In this document: piece after piece, positions 8,335-18,580 of the stretch
How the letters are laid out: each line of letters starts with the position of its first letter
Position numbering within the stretch: the first letter of the stretch is position 1
Assembly: GCA_902612095.1 (NCBI GenBank)
Contig: CACMBZ010000001.1
Location: 107,772 to 171,771, forward strand
Direction: 5' to 3'
DNA: 64,000 nucleotides
From: an uncultured Pelagibacteraceae bacterium
GTDB lineage: Bacteria; Pseudomonadota; Alphaproteobacteria; Pelagibacterales; AG-422-B15
Notes under the pieces: generated by a model
Seen by the model: only the letters and a program-made list of their open reading frames with translations
What the model was told of the DNA's origin: nothing
Database searches by the model: none
Translations under genes and position numbers: made by a program

Positions 8335-10225
8335 CGAAACGTCCGATCTTTATAGAAGCAGATATAATCCCCCCAATGATTATCATCAATGTACCTAACC
8401 AAAGTATTGTCATGAAAGGTTTAATATGCATTCTGACACTTATTGACTGCTGATCTTGAGGAACATTCATGACAAGGTAAATATCTGAAAAAAACTTGTG
8501 CAAAATACTTGCTTCTGAAGTAATTGTAGGTGGGTTTGAATAAAATCTGATTTCAGGAGTGAATGTATCTATTAACTTACCATTTTTTTTCATCAGAAAA
8601 TATGCTTTAAGTGAATTATAATTGCTTTCCTCAACTTGCTCTATTTTATCAAAACTAAAAATATAATTTTGCAATTGTAAATTATCTCCAACTTTAGCGT
8701 TATAAATTCTCTCCTCAGAATACACAGCATTACTTACAACTGCCATCATCAATATACCAAATCCAGCATGTGCAAGATTTTGGCCTAAGTTGGTCCTTAC
8801 TAAAATATTTTGCTTATTAAAGTTTATACTAGCTGTCACAGAAGAAATTATTAAAAGTAAACTAAAGAAGATAATTAAGATTTCAGTCAAATTAAATAGT
8901 TCAAAATATAGGCTGATTATCAATGTTATAGTTAATGATGTAATAATGAGATATCGCAATTGAATTATTATTTTATAAAGTTTTGTGTCAGTCCATCCCA
9001 AACGCGGAGATATAAACATAAAAAAAAGAAAAAGTATTATAATGGGGGCTATAGTCGTTGAGTAATATTTTGGCCCAACAGTTAAGCTCTTATTAAGTAA
9101 TAAATCAGTTGCAAGAGGGTACATAGTTCCTAAGAAAACAATCGTTAAAATAGTTATCAAAAGCCAGTTATTTACCTGTATTCCTGTACCCCTGCTGATC
9201 AAACCCATACTACTTGTCTTATTAATTTTTTCAGAGTTGTATGCAAATAAACTAAAAGAAAAGACAAGTATAAGAAAAATAAATAATAAAATAAATAGAC
9301 CTCTTCCTGGATCACTAGCGAAGGTATGAACTGAATTTAGAATTCCAGATCGGACAAGAAATGTTCCAACTAAACTCAATGAAAATGTAAGTATGGCTAA
9401 AATAATAGTCCAAGATTGCATTACATTTCTTTTCTGAAGTATCAATACACAGTGAATTAATGCAGTTGCGGCAATCCACGGCATTAGCGATGCATTCTCA
9501 ACTGGATCCCAAAACCAATAGCCTCCCCAACCGAGTTCGTAATAAGCCCAAAATGAACCTAGAGCTATCCCAGCTGTAAGAAACGCCCATGCAGAAAAAA
9601 CCCAAGGTTTAACAATTGAAGCCCATTGCTGATCGACTTCTTTAGTAATCAACCCTGCAATTGCTAAACTAAATACCAGAGAAAAACCAACATAGCCTAT
9701 ATACAACACAGGTGGATGAATTGCTAGGAGTGGATCCTGTAAAATAGGATTTAAACCAATCCCATCAAAAAAATTATTTTGATTTAGTGCAAATGGATTT
9801 GATAAAAGAAATAAAAATGCGACAAATCCAAAGATCATAATACTCTGTATCGCAACTGTTATCTCTTTAAACCGTTCTGAAATTCTTCTAGAAAGGGCAA
9901 ATAAAAAATTAAACAAGACCAAAATTAGTATCCATAAAAGCATACTTCCTTCATGATTTCCCCAAACGCCAGAGAATTTATATATAAGTGGTTTTTCTGA
10001 ATGAGAATTGAAATAAACTAAATCAAAATGAAAATCTGAAGTGAGAAAAAGATAAATTAGAATTAAAAATGACAATAGTATCGAAATTAACTGTACATAC
10101 GCCAGCACAATAACACCAGGTCTAGTGAATATTTTATTATTTATAATTTTACTAGACTGCATTAGTGATGCAGTTAGACAAAGAAGTAGTAAAAAATTTG
10201 AGATATAAAAAATATATAAACTCAT
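8324..10225 (-). CDS. ccmF: Heme lyase CcmF
   Basis: WGNHEGSMLLW, HPP, WAYYELGWGGYWFWDPVENASLMPW, SVHTFA. Confidence 0.98.
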   Translation of the reverse strand: MSLYIFYISNFLLLLCLTASLMQSSKIINNKIFTRPGVIVLAYVQLISILLSFLILIYLFLTSDFHFDLVYFNSHSEKPLIYKFSGVWGNHEGSMLLWILILVLFNFLFALSRRISERFKEITVAIQSIMIFGFVAFLFLLSNPFALNQNNFFDGIGLNPILQDPLLAIHPPVLYIGYVGFSLVFSLAIAGLITKEVDQQWASIVKPWVFSAWAFLTAGIALGSFWAYYELGWGGYWFWDPVENASLMPWIAATALIHCVLILQKRNVMQSWTIILAILTFSLSLVGTFLVRSGILNSVHTFASDPGRGLFILLFIFLILVFSFSLFAYNSEKINKTSSMGLISRGTGIQVNNWLLITILTIVFLGTMYPLATDLLLNKSLTVGPKYYSTTIAPIIILFLFFMFISPRLGWTDTKLYKIIIQLRYLIITSLTITLIISLYFELFNLTEILIIFFSLLLIISSVTASINFNKQNILVRTNLGQNLAHAGFGILMMAVVSNAVYSEERIYNAKVGDNLQLQNYIFSFDKIEQVEESNYNSLKAYFLMKKNGKLIDTFTPEIRFYSNPPTITSEASILHKFFSDIYLVMNVPQDQQSISVRMHIKPFMTILWLGTLMIIIGGIISASIKIGRFDEK

Positions 10226-10659
10226 TCACCCTGCCATTTGCCAGATTTTTTAAGTGTTTCTATGACTTCAGGAGGCATATAGTTTTCATCATGCTTAGCT
10301 AAGACTTTGTTTGCAATAAATCTACCATCATTCATATAAACCCCCTCAACTACAACTCCCTTGTCCTCAGCAAATAAATTTGGCAGAATACCCTCATATT
10401 TCACATCAATTTCGTTTTCGCCATCAGTAATACTGAAATAAAAAATACTATCAGTTTCGTTTTGAAAAGAGTCTACTGATACAAGTCCTCCCAACCTCAT
10501 TATTTGACCTTGTTTATCTGAATTTTTTAAAAGTTCAGTCGGGCCGTAAAAATAAATAATATTATCTCTTAAGTTAAAAATAATTATCAATACTGCGATT
10601 GAAACAATAATTAAACTTAAGAGAAATTTAATTAATCTGCTTTTTACTATACTACTCAA
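10222..10659 (-). CDS. ccmE: Heme chaperone CcmE
   Basis: RLGGLV, YEGILPNLF, LAKHDENYMPPE (HxxxY). Confidence 0.96.
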   Translation of the reverse strand: MSSIVKSRLIKFLLSLIIVSIAVLIIIFNLRDNIIYFYGPTELLKNSDKQGQIMRLGGLVSVDSFQNETDSIFYFSITDGENEIDVKYEGILPNLFAEDKGVVVEGVYMNDGRFIANKVLAKHDENYMPPEVIETLKKSGKWQGE

Positions 10660-10807
10660 TTTTGTTTTTTATTTTATTAATAATTTTTTCGTACTTCCTT
10701 AAATTTAATATATTGATTAAAAAAAATATAATTAAAGAAAAGAAAAAAATACCATATGAAGACCAAACAAAAATTGCGTATCCTCCCATATTTAATAATT
10801 CATTCAT
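10652..10807 (-). CDS. ccmD: Heme exporter protein CcmD, 51 aa (not in ORF track)
   Basis: Manual translation MNELLNMGGYAIFVWSSYGIFFFSLIIFFLINILNLRKYEKIINKIKNKIE*; MGGYAxxVWxSYG motif; lies between ccmC and ccmE. Confidence 0.92.
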   Translation of the reverse strand: MNELLNMGGYAIFVWSSYGIFFFSLIIFFLINILNLRKYEKIINKIKNKIE

Positions 10808-11508
10808 TATTTGCTAGTCCTTAACATTTTACTTTCAATCAGAACAAGTCTGAATCTAATTAGTGATACTGTTACTAGAAATAAAAAGCAGGCAGCTGTC
10901 ATTATAGATAATGGAATTAGCATACTTATATCAATACTTGGTGCAGAAAGTTTTGAAATTGAAGCAGGTTGATGCAAAGTATTCCACCAATCAACTGAAA
11001 ATTTAATTATTGGTATATTGATAAAACCAATTATTGCTAGTGCTGCTGATATTTTTGAAGCAAGTTCCTTATTTGATATTGCCTGCCAAAGAAAGATATA
11101 AGCAATATAAAGAAAAAATAATATTAACATAGAAGTTAGTCTCGCATCCCATACCCACCATACACCCCAAGTAGGCTTTCCCCATATACTTCCAGTTATC
11201 AGTGACATTAGTGTAAATACCATTCCTACTTGAGCAATTGATCTTGCAACAACATTAAAAAGGGGGTTTCGGGTTATGAACCAAAGAACACATGAACCAG
11301 CTAGAATTGAATAAGTCATGAGTGCAAACCATGCTGAGGGAACATGTATATACATAATCCTCATAGAATCTCCTTGAATATAATCTGGAGGAGATTGAAA
11401 AAGTGAATAATATAAGCCTATAACAAATGCAAGAATTGTTGAAAAAATCAGGTATGGATTAGCAGACTTGATAAGTTCAACGTGATTATTTTTAATTTTA
11501 ATATACAT
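10807..11508 (-). CDS. ccmC: Heme exporter protein CcmC
   Basis: RIMYIHVP, WGKPTWGVWWVWDARLTS, WWNTLHQ. Confidence 0.97.
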   Translation of the reverse strand: MYIKIKNNHVELIKSANPYLIFSTILAFVIGLYYSLFQSPPDYIQGDSMRIMYIHVPSAWFALMTYSILAGSCVLWFITRNPLFNVVARSIAQVGMVFTLMSLITGSIWGKPTWGVWWVWDARLTSMLILFFLYIAYIFLWQAISNKELASKISAALAIIGFINIPIIKFSVDWWNTLHQPASISKLSAPSIDISMLIPLSIMTAACFLFLVTVSLIRFRLVLIESKMLRTSK

Positions 11509-11542
11509 TTTCTAATATATATATATCGACTTGAAGTATTGC

Positions 11543-12166
11543 CTACTCTCCATAAAGACGCAGACCATATGCAGTTACATATATGGAGATAACGAAAGAA
11601 AGCATTGATAATGCTAATAGAATTGGCCAAGAACCAGCATCAGAGCCAAAAATAATAAAAGGGACAAATAGTGGTATCATTATAATTGCTTTCAAAAAAA
11701 TTGTTCTTCTGGCGCCAAGCGTTAGTGCACTCACAAAATTTGCAATGAAAACCATACCGAACGAGCCTATGAATAAATTTATAAATATTTGTATGGTCTC
11801 TGAATAATCCAAATAAAATAGAAAACTCAATATTGGTAGAATTACTAAAAGTGGAAGACAATAAATAAACCAATGTGTTATGTATTTACTGATTATTAAA
11901 TACTCAATTGTCTTATTTTTCTGCATAATGATATCTAAATTACCATCCTCATAATCGGCATTAAAAATTCTATCAACCGTTATAATGATTGATAAAGCTA
12001 GAGCGATCCAAACTACACCTTTAAATAAATTCTTGAGTTGATCAGTCTGAGTGCCAAATGCAAATGGTATTAATATTAGAACAAGGATAAAAAAAGATAC
12101 TGTAAAAAAGAAATTAGCACTTGAATAAAAAGATAATAATAGATCCCTTTTAATTAGGTTAGACAT
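11543..12166 (-). CDS. ccmB: Heme exporter permease CcmB
   Basis: Polytopic membrane protein; DYEDGNLD, PLFVPFIIFG; position in the ccm operon. Confidence 0.9.
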   Translation of the reverse strand: MSNLIKRDLLLSFYSSANFFFTVSFFILVLILIPFAFGTQTDQLKNLFKGVVWIALALSIIITVDRIFNADYEDGNLDIIMQKNKTIEYLIISKYITHWFIYCLPLLVILPILSFLFYLDYSETIQIFINLFIGSFGMVFIANFVSALTLGARRTIFLKAIIMIPLFVPFIIFGSDAGSWPILLALSMLSFVISIYVTAYGLRLYGE

Positions 12167-12167
12167 A

Positions 12168-12767
12168 TTAAATATTAATTTCCTTATGAAAATTTTTTGG
12201 TAAATTTATATTCGAAGTAAGTATAACTATTCCCATATTTTCGTTAAATTGATTAATTTTTTCTATAAGTAAGTGTGTGTTGACCTCATCAAGATAAACA
12301 AATGGTTCATCTAAAAACCATAAATCATATTTTTTATAATTAAGTCTGTGCAAGGAAATGCACTTTTTTTGACCATCACTTAAGGAGCCAGCATCTCTAT
12401 TAATAAAATGGTATAAATTGTTATATTCGAGTAGTTTTTCATGATCAAGCACTTCATTAAAAAGAATATCCCATAACTCTAAATTTTTTTTTATGGAAAG
12501 ATTTTCTTTTAAAGAGTTCTTTTGGCCAATCAGATTAAATTTATTATTGTATAAACTGTCTTCACGTATACTTATGTCATTAAACAATGCCTTGCCATCG
12601 TAAGATGTAATAAAATTGGATAGAATTCTTAAAAGGGTCGTTTTTCCAGATCCATTTCGCCCTTTCACAACTAATGTTTCGCCAGATTTAATAGAAAAAT
12701 TAATATTATTGAGAACAACGTTTTCTCCTCTTTTGCAGCTCAAATTCTCAGTTTTTAGTTCATTCAT
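12168..12767 (-). CDS. ccmA: Heme ABC exporter ATPase CcmA
   Basis: Walker A GRNGSGKTT, LSDGQ, WFLDEP; divergent from acnA as in many Alphaproteobacteria. Confidence 0.9.
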   Translation of the reverse strand: MNELKTENLSCKRGENVVLNNINFSIKSGETLVVKGRNGSGKTTLLRILSNFITSYDGKALFNDISIREDSLYNNKFNLIGQKNSLKENLSIKKNLELWDILFNEVLDHEKLLEYNNLYHFINRDAGSLSDGQKKCISLHRLNYKKYDLWFLDEPFVYLDEVNTHLLIEKINQFNENMGIVILTSNINLPKNFHKEINI

Positions 12768-12826
12768 TATAAACTTTATGTTGATAGCTTGTTAAATTAG
12801 TCTAAATATAGCAGCAGTAAACCTCT

Positions 12827-15514
12827 ATGTACGACAGCTTTAAGACAAAAAAAACACTAAAAATAGGAAAAAAAACCTATACCTATTTCAGTTTTAAAGC
12901 AGCCGAAAAAAATGGTCTTAAAAACATATCCTCGCTTCCTTTCTCAATAAAAATTCTTCTAGAAAACTTGATCAGAAATGAGGACGGTTCAACAGTAGAA
13001 TTAGGCGATATAAAAGAATTTGAAAAATGGAAGTCTGATAAAAAAGTAAGTAAAGAAATTAATTTTAGGCCTGCACGTGTTTTGATGCAAGATTTTACAG
13101 GTGTTCCAGCAGTGGTTGATCTTGCATCAATGAGAGCAGCGATAAAAAATGAAAATGGAGATCCTAAAAAAATTAATCCTCTATCACCGGTTGATCTTGT
13201 AATAGACCACTCTGTTATGGTTGATAAGTATGGCTCAGCAACTGCCCATAAAGCAAATGTTGATCTTGAATATAAAAGAAATATTGAAAGATATGAATTT
13301 TTGAGATGGGGACAAAAGTCCTTTAATAATTTTAGAGTAGTTCCACCTGGTACAGGCATCTGTCATCAAGTAAACCTAGAATACCTGGCTAAAACTGTTT
13401 GGTTTGAAAAGAAAAAAATAAAAAATAAAAATATAACCTTAGCTTATCCTGATACTGTTGTTGGAACCGATAGTCACACAACAATGATTAACGGTTTATC
13501 TGTTCTTGGATGGGGAGTTGGTGGAATCGAGGCAGAAGCGGCAATGTTGGGTCAACCAATCTCTATGGTTGTTCCTGAAGTTATAGGATTTGAAATAAAA
13601 GGTAAAATTAAAGAAGGTATTACAGCTACTGATCTGGTATTAACAATTACTGAACAGTTAAGAAAAAAAGGCGTAGTTGGAAAATTTGTAGAGTTCTATG
13701 GTAAAGGACTTAAAGAGATGTCTGTTCCTGATAGAGCTACTATATCAAATATGGCACCAGAATATGGTGCAACTTGCGGTTTCTTTCCAATTGACCAAGA
13801 AACAATAAATTTTTTAAAAGTTAGTGGACGACCTTTGGATGAGATTAAACTTGTCGAAAAATACTCTAAAGCTCAGGGACTTTGGGAGGATTATAAGAAA
13901 AATAAAAGAGTTTATTCAGAAACAATGGAATTAGACTTATCAAGTATAGAACCAAGTTTAGCTGGGCCAAAAAGACCACAAGATAAAATCTTATTATCAA
14001 ATGTTGCAGATCAATTTGTTAGTTCATTCGAGAAGGAATTTGGTAATGACAAAGTTGAAAATTCATCTTCTGTAAAAAATGAGACATTTGAAATTGATCA
14101 TGGTCATGTTGCAATTGCAGCAATTACGAGCTGTACTAACACATCTAATCCAAGTGTCATGATAGGTGCCGGAATTTTGGCAAAAAAAGCGTATGAATTA
14201 GGCCTTAAGACTAAACCTTGGGTAAAAACTTCACTTGCACCAGGCTCTAAGGTTGTAACTGATTACCTCGAAAAGTCTGGTCTTCAGAAACATCTTGATA
14301 AGCTAGGATTTAACTTAGTTGGATTTGGATGTACGACATGCATTGGTAATTCTGGTCCTTTAGATGAAAATATTGCTGAGACAATTACAAGTAATGATTT
14401 AATTGTAAGCGGCGTTTTATCAGGTAACAGAAACTTTGAGGGAAGAATTAATCCATTTGTGAAGGCAAACTATTTGGCATCGCCACCACTTGTTGTTGCA
14501 TATGCATTGGCAGGATCAACAAAAATTAACCTAACAAAAGACCCAATTGGTATTGGGAAAAATAATAAAGAAATTTACCTAAAGGATATATGGCCAAAAT
14601 CAAAAGAAATAAAATCAATAATTAATAAAATTATTAATTCAAATTTGTATAAAAAAAGATACAAAAATGTATTCAAGGGCGATAAAAAATGGAATTCAGT
14701 TAAATCACCAAGTGGGCTAACTTATAAATGGAACAAGAAATCAACCTACGTTCAACACCCACCATATTTTGAAAATTTAGATTTTGAGAAGAATAATATA
14801 AATGATGTAAAGAATGCTCAAATTTTAGCACTCTTTGGAGACTCCGTAACTACAGACCATATAAGTCCTGCGGGTTCCATAAAAGAGGATGGACCAGCTG
14901 GTATATATTTAACTAAAAATAGAATTAATAAAGTAGATTTTAATTCCTTTGGTGCTCGACGTGGGAATCATGAAGTTATGATGCGGGGTACATTCTCAAA
15001 TATTAGAATAAAAAATGAAATGGTGAAAAATATTGAGGGAGGAATTACGATTCATCATCCTTCTAATAAGCAAATGACAATTTACGATGCCTCAGTAAAA
15101 TACCAAAAATCTAATACGCCTCTTGTTATATTTGCTGGAAAAGACTATGGAATGGGTTCCTCAAGAGATTGGGCAGCAAAAGGAACGAAGCTACTAGGTG
15201 TTAAAGCAGTAATAGCAGAGTCGTTTGAACGGATTCACAGATCAAATCTTATTGGCATGGGGGTACTTCCATTTCAGTTCATGGAAAAAGAAAACAGACT
15301 ATCTCTAGGTCTTAAAGGTGACGAAAGAATAACCATTACCGGTTTGTCAAATGATATATCACCTGGGATGGATGTAAAAATGCTTATTATTTATTCAAAT
15401 GGAAAAAATAAGACACATCGCTTAAGGCTTTTAGTAAACACCTCAACAGAAATAGACTATTTAAAAACAGGAGGAATACTTCAGTATGTTTACAAAAATA
15501 TTTCCAATCAATAG
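12827..15514 (+). CDS. acnA: Aconitate hydratase A
   Basis: RVLMQDFTGVP, DSHTTMING, AITSCTNTSNP, GCTTCIGNSG, GSSRDWAAKG. Confidence 0.99.
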   Translation: MYDSFKTKKTLKIGKKTYTYFSFKAAEKNGLKNISSLPFSIKILLENLIRNEDGSTVELGDIKEFEKWKSDKKVSKEINFRPARVLMQDFTGVPAVVDLASMRAAIKNENGDPKKINPLSPVDLVIDHSVMVDKYGSATAHKANVDLEYKRNIERYEFLRWGQKSFNNFRVVPPGTGICHQVNLEYLAKTVWFEKKKIKNKNITLAYPDTVVGTDSHTTMINGLSVLGWGVGGIEAEAAMLGQPISMVVPEVIGFEIKGKIKEGITATDLVLTITEQLRKKGVVGKFVEFYGKGLKEMSVPDRATISNMAPEYGATCGFFPIDQETINFLKVSGRPLDEIKLVEKYSKAQGLWEDYKKNKRVYSETMELDLSSIEPSLAGPKRPQDKILLSNVADQFVSSFEKEFGNDKVENSSSVKNETFEIDHGHVAIAAITSCTNTSNPSVMIGAGILAKKAYELGLKTKPWVKTSLAPGSKVVTDYLEKSGLQKHLDKLGFNLVGFGCTTCIGNSGPLDENIAETITSNDLIVSGVLSGNRNFEGRINPFVKANYLASPPLVVAYALAGSTKINLTKDPIGIGKNNKEIYLKDIWPKSKEIKSIINKIINSNLYKKRYKNVFKGDKKWNSVKSPSGLTYKWNKKSTYVQHPPYFENLDFEKNNINDVKNAQILALFGDSVTTDHISPAGSIKEDGPAGIYLTKNRINKVDFNSFGARRGNHEVMMRGTFSNIRIKNEMVKNIEGGITIHHPSNKQMTIYDASVKYQKSNTPLVIFAGKDYGMGSSRDWAAKGTKLLGVKAVIAESFERIHRSNLIGMGVLPFQFMEKENRLSLGLKGDERITITGLSNDISPGMDVKMLIIYSNGKNKTHRLRLLVNTSTEIDYLKTGGILQYVYKNISNQ

Positions 15515-15516
15515 GT

Positions 15517-16140
15517 TCAATTCATATAACTTGACATAAAGTCCATCGAAACTGACTGGCCACCAACTGTTTTTCTTATAGTATCAAATATTTGTGTTGT
15601 CATCGCTTCAAAACTTTTACGGTCATTTTTGTATTTTTCACGCTCAAGATTAATACCTACTTCAACACAAACATTGCTGCAATCTGTGAAGAAAAAATTC
15701 ATATTTCCAAAATCAGGTTGATCAACCGCACAGGTTTCTTCAAAATTTCCAGAACCGCGAGTGTTGATATTAACTATTGAACCTTCTTGAGCATTAAATC
15801 CGCCTTCACATCCAAAAAAAGTTTTTCTGTAAGATGTTTCCTCCGACTTTGAACCTAATAATGCATATGTAATGATATCATTATATCTTCTCACGTCTTC
15901 ATCAACATCCGAGGGCACTAAAGTAGCATACACATAAAAATTACCTGATTGTACACTGCCAGATTTTTCTAAGTCATCCACCTTCCAATTTCCTGGAAGC
16001 AATGGAAGATTAGCAATATTGTAGGCTCCATTTATATTCCCAGAATACGTCTCGAGGTCGTTAAACTCCTGAGCATTAACGTTAAATACAAAAAAAATTG
16101 CAAACAATTTTATTGATAAAAATTTTATTAGTGACTTCAT
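15517..16140 (-). CDS. Exported hypothetical protein with four Cys
   Basis: 207-aa ORF, signal peptide ending VNA; no family recognised. Confidence 0.75.
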   Translation of the reverse strand: MKSLIKFLSIKLFAIFFVFNVNAQEFNDLETYSGNINGAYNIANLPLLPGNWKVDDLEKSGSVQSGNFYVYATLVPSDVDEDVRRYNDIITYALLGSKSEETSYRKTFFGCEGGFNAQEGSIVNINTRGSGNFEETCAVDQPDFGNMNFFFTDCSNVCVEVGINLEREKYKNDRKSFEAMTTQIFDTIRKTVGGQSVSMDFMSSYMN

Positions 16141-16211
16141 GAATAACCCTTTTTTTATTTTTGAAATATTATAGCGATTTTATTTTATAGATTGGAGTCT
16201 TAATTTTAGAA

Positions 16212-18095
16212 TTAATTTATCGATGTAGTGATAGTTTCAATAAGTTTTTTTGAAAATTCAACAGGATCCGATGGCTTTTCACCGTCAAGTATCTTAGATT
16301 GTTCATAAAGTAAAATTGAAATATTCTCTACTTCACCAATTAATGCTTTATCTTTACTCATTTTAGCCAGTTTTTTAATTAGCTTGTGCTGAGGATTGAT
16401 TTCCATAACTTTAAGAGAAAGACCCTGATTGAGCTGATTGTGCTGCTGAAGTATTTTTTCAAGCTGAGGGTCCATTGCACCTTCATCACTAACAAGACAT
16501 ACAGGGCTATCTGTAAGTCTTGAGGACACTCTTACGTCTTTAACTTTTTCCTTTAATTTTTCTTTTAGTAGATTAATAAGCGGCTCAACCGATTTTTCAT
16601 TTTTATCATCTTTTTTTTCGCCATCAATTTTATTCAGGTCATCCATTCCCCTTGTTACAGATTTAAAACTCTTCTCTTGATATGATGGGGTTGATGATGT
16701 CCAAAAACTGTCTACAGGATCATCCAATATAAGCACATTAATATCTCTTGACTTATAGCCTTCTAAACTCGGATTATTGATTATATTTTCATAACTATCA
16801 CCGGTCATGAAGTAAATATCTTTTTGTTTTTTAACCATTGACTCTATGTATTCATTTAATGTGATGAGTTTTTTTGATTTTGAATTCTTAAATAATGATA
16901 TTTCTAGAATTGAGTCTTTTCTCTCAAAATCCTCATAAATTCCCTCTTTCAGTACTGGACCAAAATTTTCCCAGAATTTTTCATACGACTCCCTGTCTTT
17001 ATCAATCTTTTTTTTGAGATCAGAAATTGTTCTTTTAACTAGAGATGATCTTATTTTCGTAACGACTGGGTTATTTTGAAGCATTTCACGACTTATGTTT
17101 AATGGAAGGTCTTCAGAGTCAATGATACCTCTCAGAAAACGAAGATAAGGAGGAATAAGTTCTGGACAATTGTCTGTGATAAATACTCTTTTTACATAAA
17201 GTTTAAGCCTGTTTTCTCTTGCTGGATCATAAAGATCAAAAGGTTTAGTTGATGGAATAAAATTTAATACAGTATATTCAATTTTTCCTTCAGCCTTATA
17301 ATGAGATGTCATCCAAGGATCATCGAACATCTGTCCTGCGTGATTATAGAACTCTTTATATTGTTCCTCAGTAATTTTATTTTTAGGTCGCGTCCAAATA
17401 GCTGACGCAGAATTAACAGAATCAATTTTTTCATCTTTTTTTTCAGAACCATTACTCACATAAATTGGAATACTTATATGATCTGAATATCTTTTAATTA
17501 TATTTTCAATTCTATCCTTGTCTAAATACTCTTTAGACTCCTTCGTTAAAGTAAGTTCTATTGAGGTTCCTCTATTCGATTCTATAAGATTTGAGTCTTC
17601 ACTCTCCTCAATGGTAAAGCTGCTTTCTCCATCAGACGTCCAGATCCAAAGTTTATTTTCTCCAGCTTTGCGTGTAGTAACTTTAGTTTGTGATGCAACC
17701 ATAAAAGCAGAGTAAAAACCGACACCAAATTGACCAATGAGTGAAAGGTCTTTTGTTTTAGATTCAGACAGTTCTTTTAAAAAATGTGCAGTACCAGAGC
17801 GTGCAATTGTTCCAAGGTTAGAAACAAGATCCTTTTTATTCATTCCAATTCCGTTATCAGAAATTGTGATTAGATTATTTTTTTTATCAATAGTGATTTG
17901 AATTTTGAAATTAGGATCATCCTTTATAAGTTTTTCTTTAGTATTTGATAAGTATCTTAACTTATCACATGCATCAGAAGCATTGGATACAAGCTCCCTT
18001 ACAAACACTTCTTTTTCTGAATAAACAGAATTTATCATCAATTTAAGTAATTGACTGACCTCTGTTTGAAACTCCAATTTTTCTGATTTAGGCAT
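16212..18095 (-). CDS. htpG: Chaperone HtpG (Hsp90)
   Basis: RELVSNASDA, DNGIGM, IGQFGVGFYS, DLPLNISREMLQ. Confidence 0.99.
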   Translation of the reverse strand: MPKSEKLEFQTEVSQLLKLMINSVYSEKEVFVRELVSNASDACDKLRYLSNTKEKLIKDDPNFKIQITIDKKNNLITISDNGIGMNKKDLVSNLGTIARSGTAHFLKELSESKTKDLSLIGQFGVGFYSAFMVASQTKVTTRKAGENKLWIWTSDGESSFTIEESEDSNLIESNRGTSIELTLTKESKEYLDKDRIENIIKRYSDHISIPIYVSNGSEKKDEKIDSVNSASAIWTRPKNKITEEQYKEFYNHAGQMFDDPWMTSHYKAEGKIEYTVLNFIPSTKPFDLYDPARENRLKLYVKRVFITDNCPELIPPYLRFLRGIIDSEDLPLNISREMLQNNPVVTKIRSSLVKRTISDLKKKIDKDRESYEKFWENFGPVLKEGIYEDFERKDSILEISLFKNSKSKKLITLNEYIESMVKKQKDIYFMTGDSYENIINNPSLEGYKSRDINVLILDDPVDSFWTSSTPSYQEKSFKSVTRGMDDLNKIDGEKKDDKNEKSVEPLINLLKEKLKEKVKDVRVSSRLTDSPVCLVSDEGAMDPQLEKILQQHNQLNQGLSLKVMEINPQHKLIKKLAKMSKDKALIGEVENISILLYEQSKILDGEKPSDPVEFSKKLIETITTSIN

Positions 18096-18114
18096 AATTT
18101 TTATTCTCAGAAAC

Positions 18115-18143
18115 TATATTGGAATTATTCATCGAAATTCAAG
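18115..18143 (-). promoter_or_regulatory. RpoH (sigma32)-type heat-shock promoter of htpG
   Basis: Minus strand CTTGAA-N15-CCAATATA, ending 19 bp upstream of the htpG ATG. Confidence 0.65.
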
Positions 18144-18224
18144 GCGATTTAGATGATGTTATCACGAAATTTTTCCCTATTTTCGTTGTTTTTTTTACAT
18201 TTTTCAAGGTAACATGAGATAACA

Positions 18225-18578
18225 ATGACAATACACTACATTAGACCTGATTTATCCTTTAAGAGCTCTAATCGATCAAAAAATAAGTTTACTAGCTTTC
18301 ATAAAACTGAACTTAATCTCATACTGTCTGTTTACGCTCAAAAAGTCAGTCAAGGGCACTGGAAAGACTATGCAATAGATCATGGAAAATACACTGCAGT
18401 TTTTTCAATTTATCGTAATACTTTTGAAAATGCTTTTTTAAGAATAATTAAGAGTAAAAATAAAGGAAAGCATATAACGTTTACATTAATCGATTTTAAC
18501 AATAAAAAGATTAGAGAAAGCGATAGCTTATCTGAAATTACAAAATATCTTAAAGTTTCTGTAAAACGTATAGCCTGA
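18225..18578 (+). CDS. DUF2794 family protein
   Basis: FHKTELNLILSVY...GHWKDYAID...AVFSIYR; usual convergent neighbour of the BI-1 gene. Confidence 0.85.
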   Translation: MTIHYIRPDLSFKSSNRSKNKFTSFHKTELNLILSVYAQKVSQGHWKDYAIDHGKYTAVFSIYRNTFENAFLRIIKSKNKGKHITFTLIDFNNKKIRESDSLSEITKYLKVSVKRIA

Positions 18579-18580
18579 AC

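Noticed and set aside
12883-13359. Long antisense ORFs in acnA, rlmN, ccmG, the adhesin and other genes
   Set aside because: Shadows of well-supported genes with no recognisable motifs
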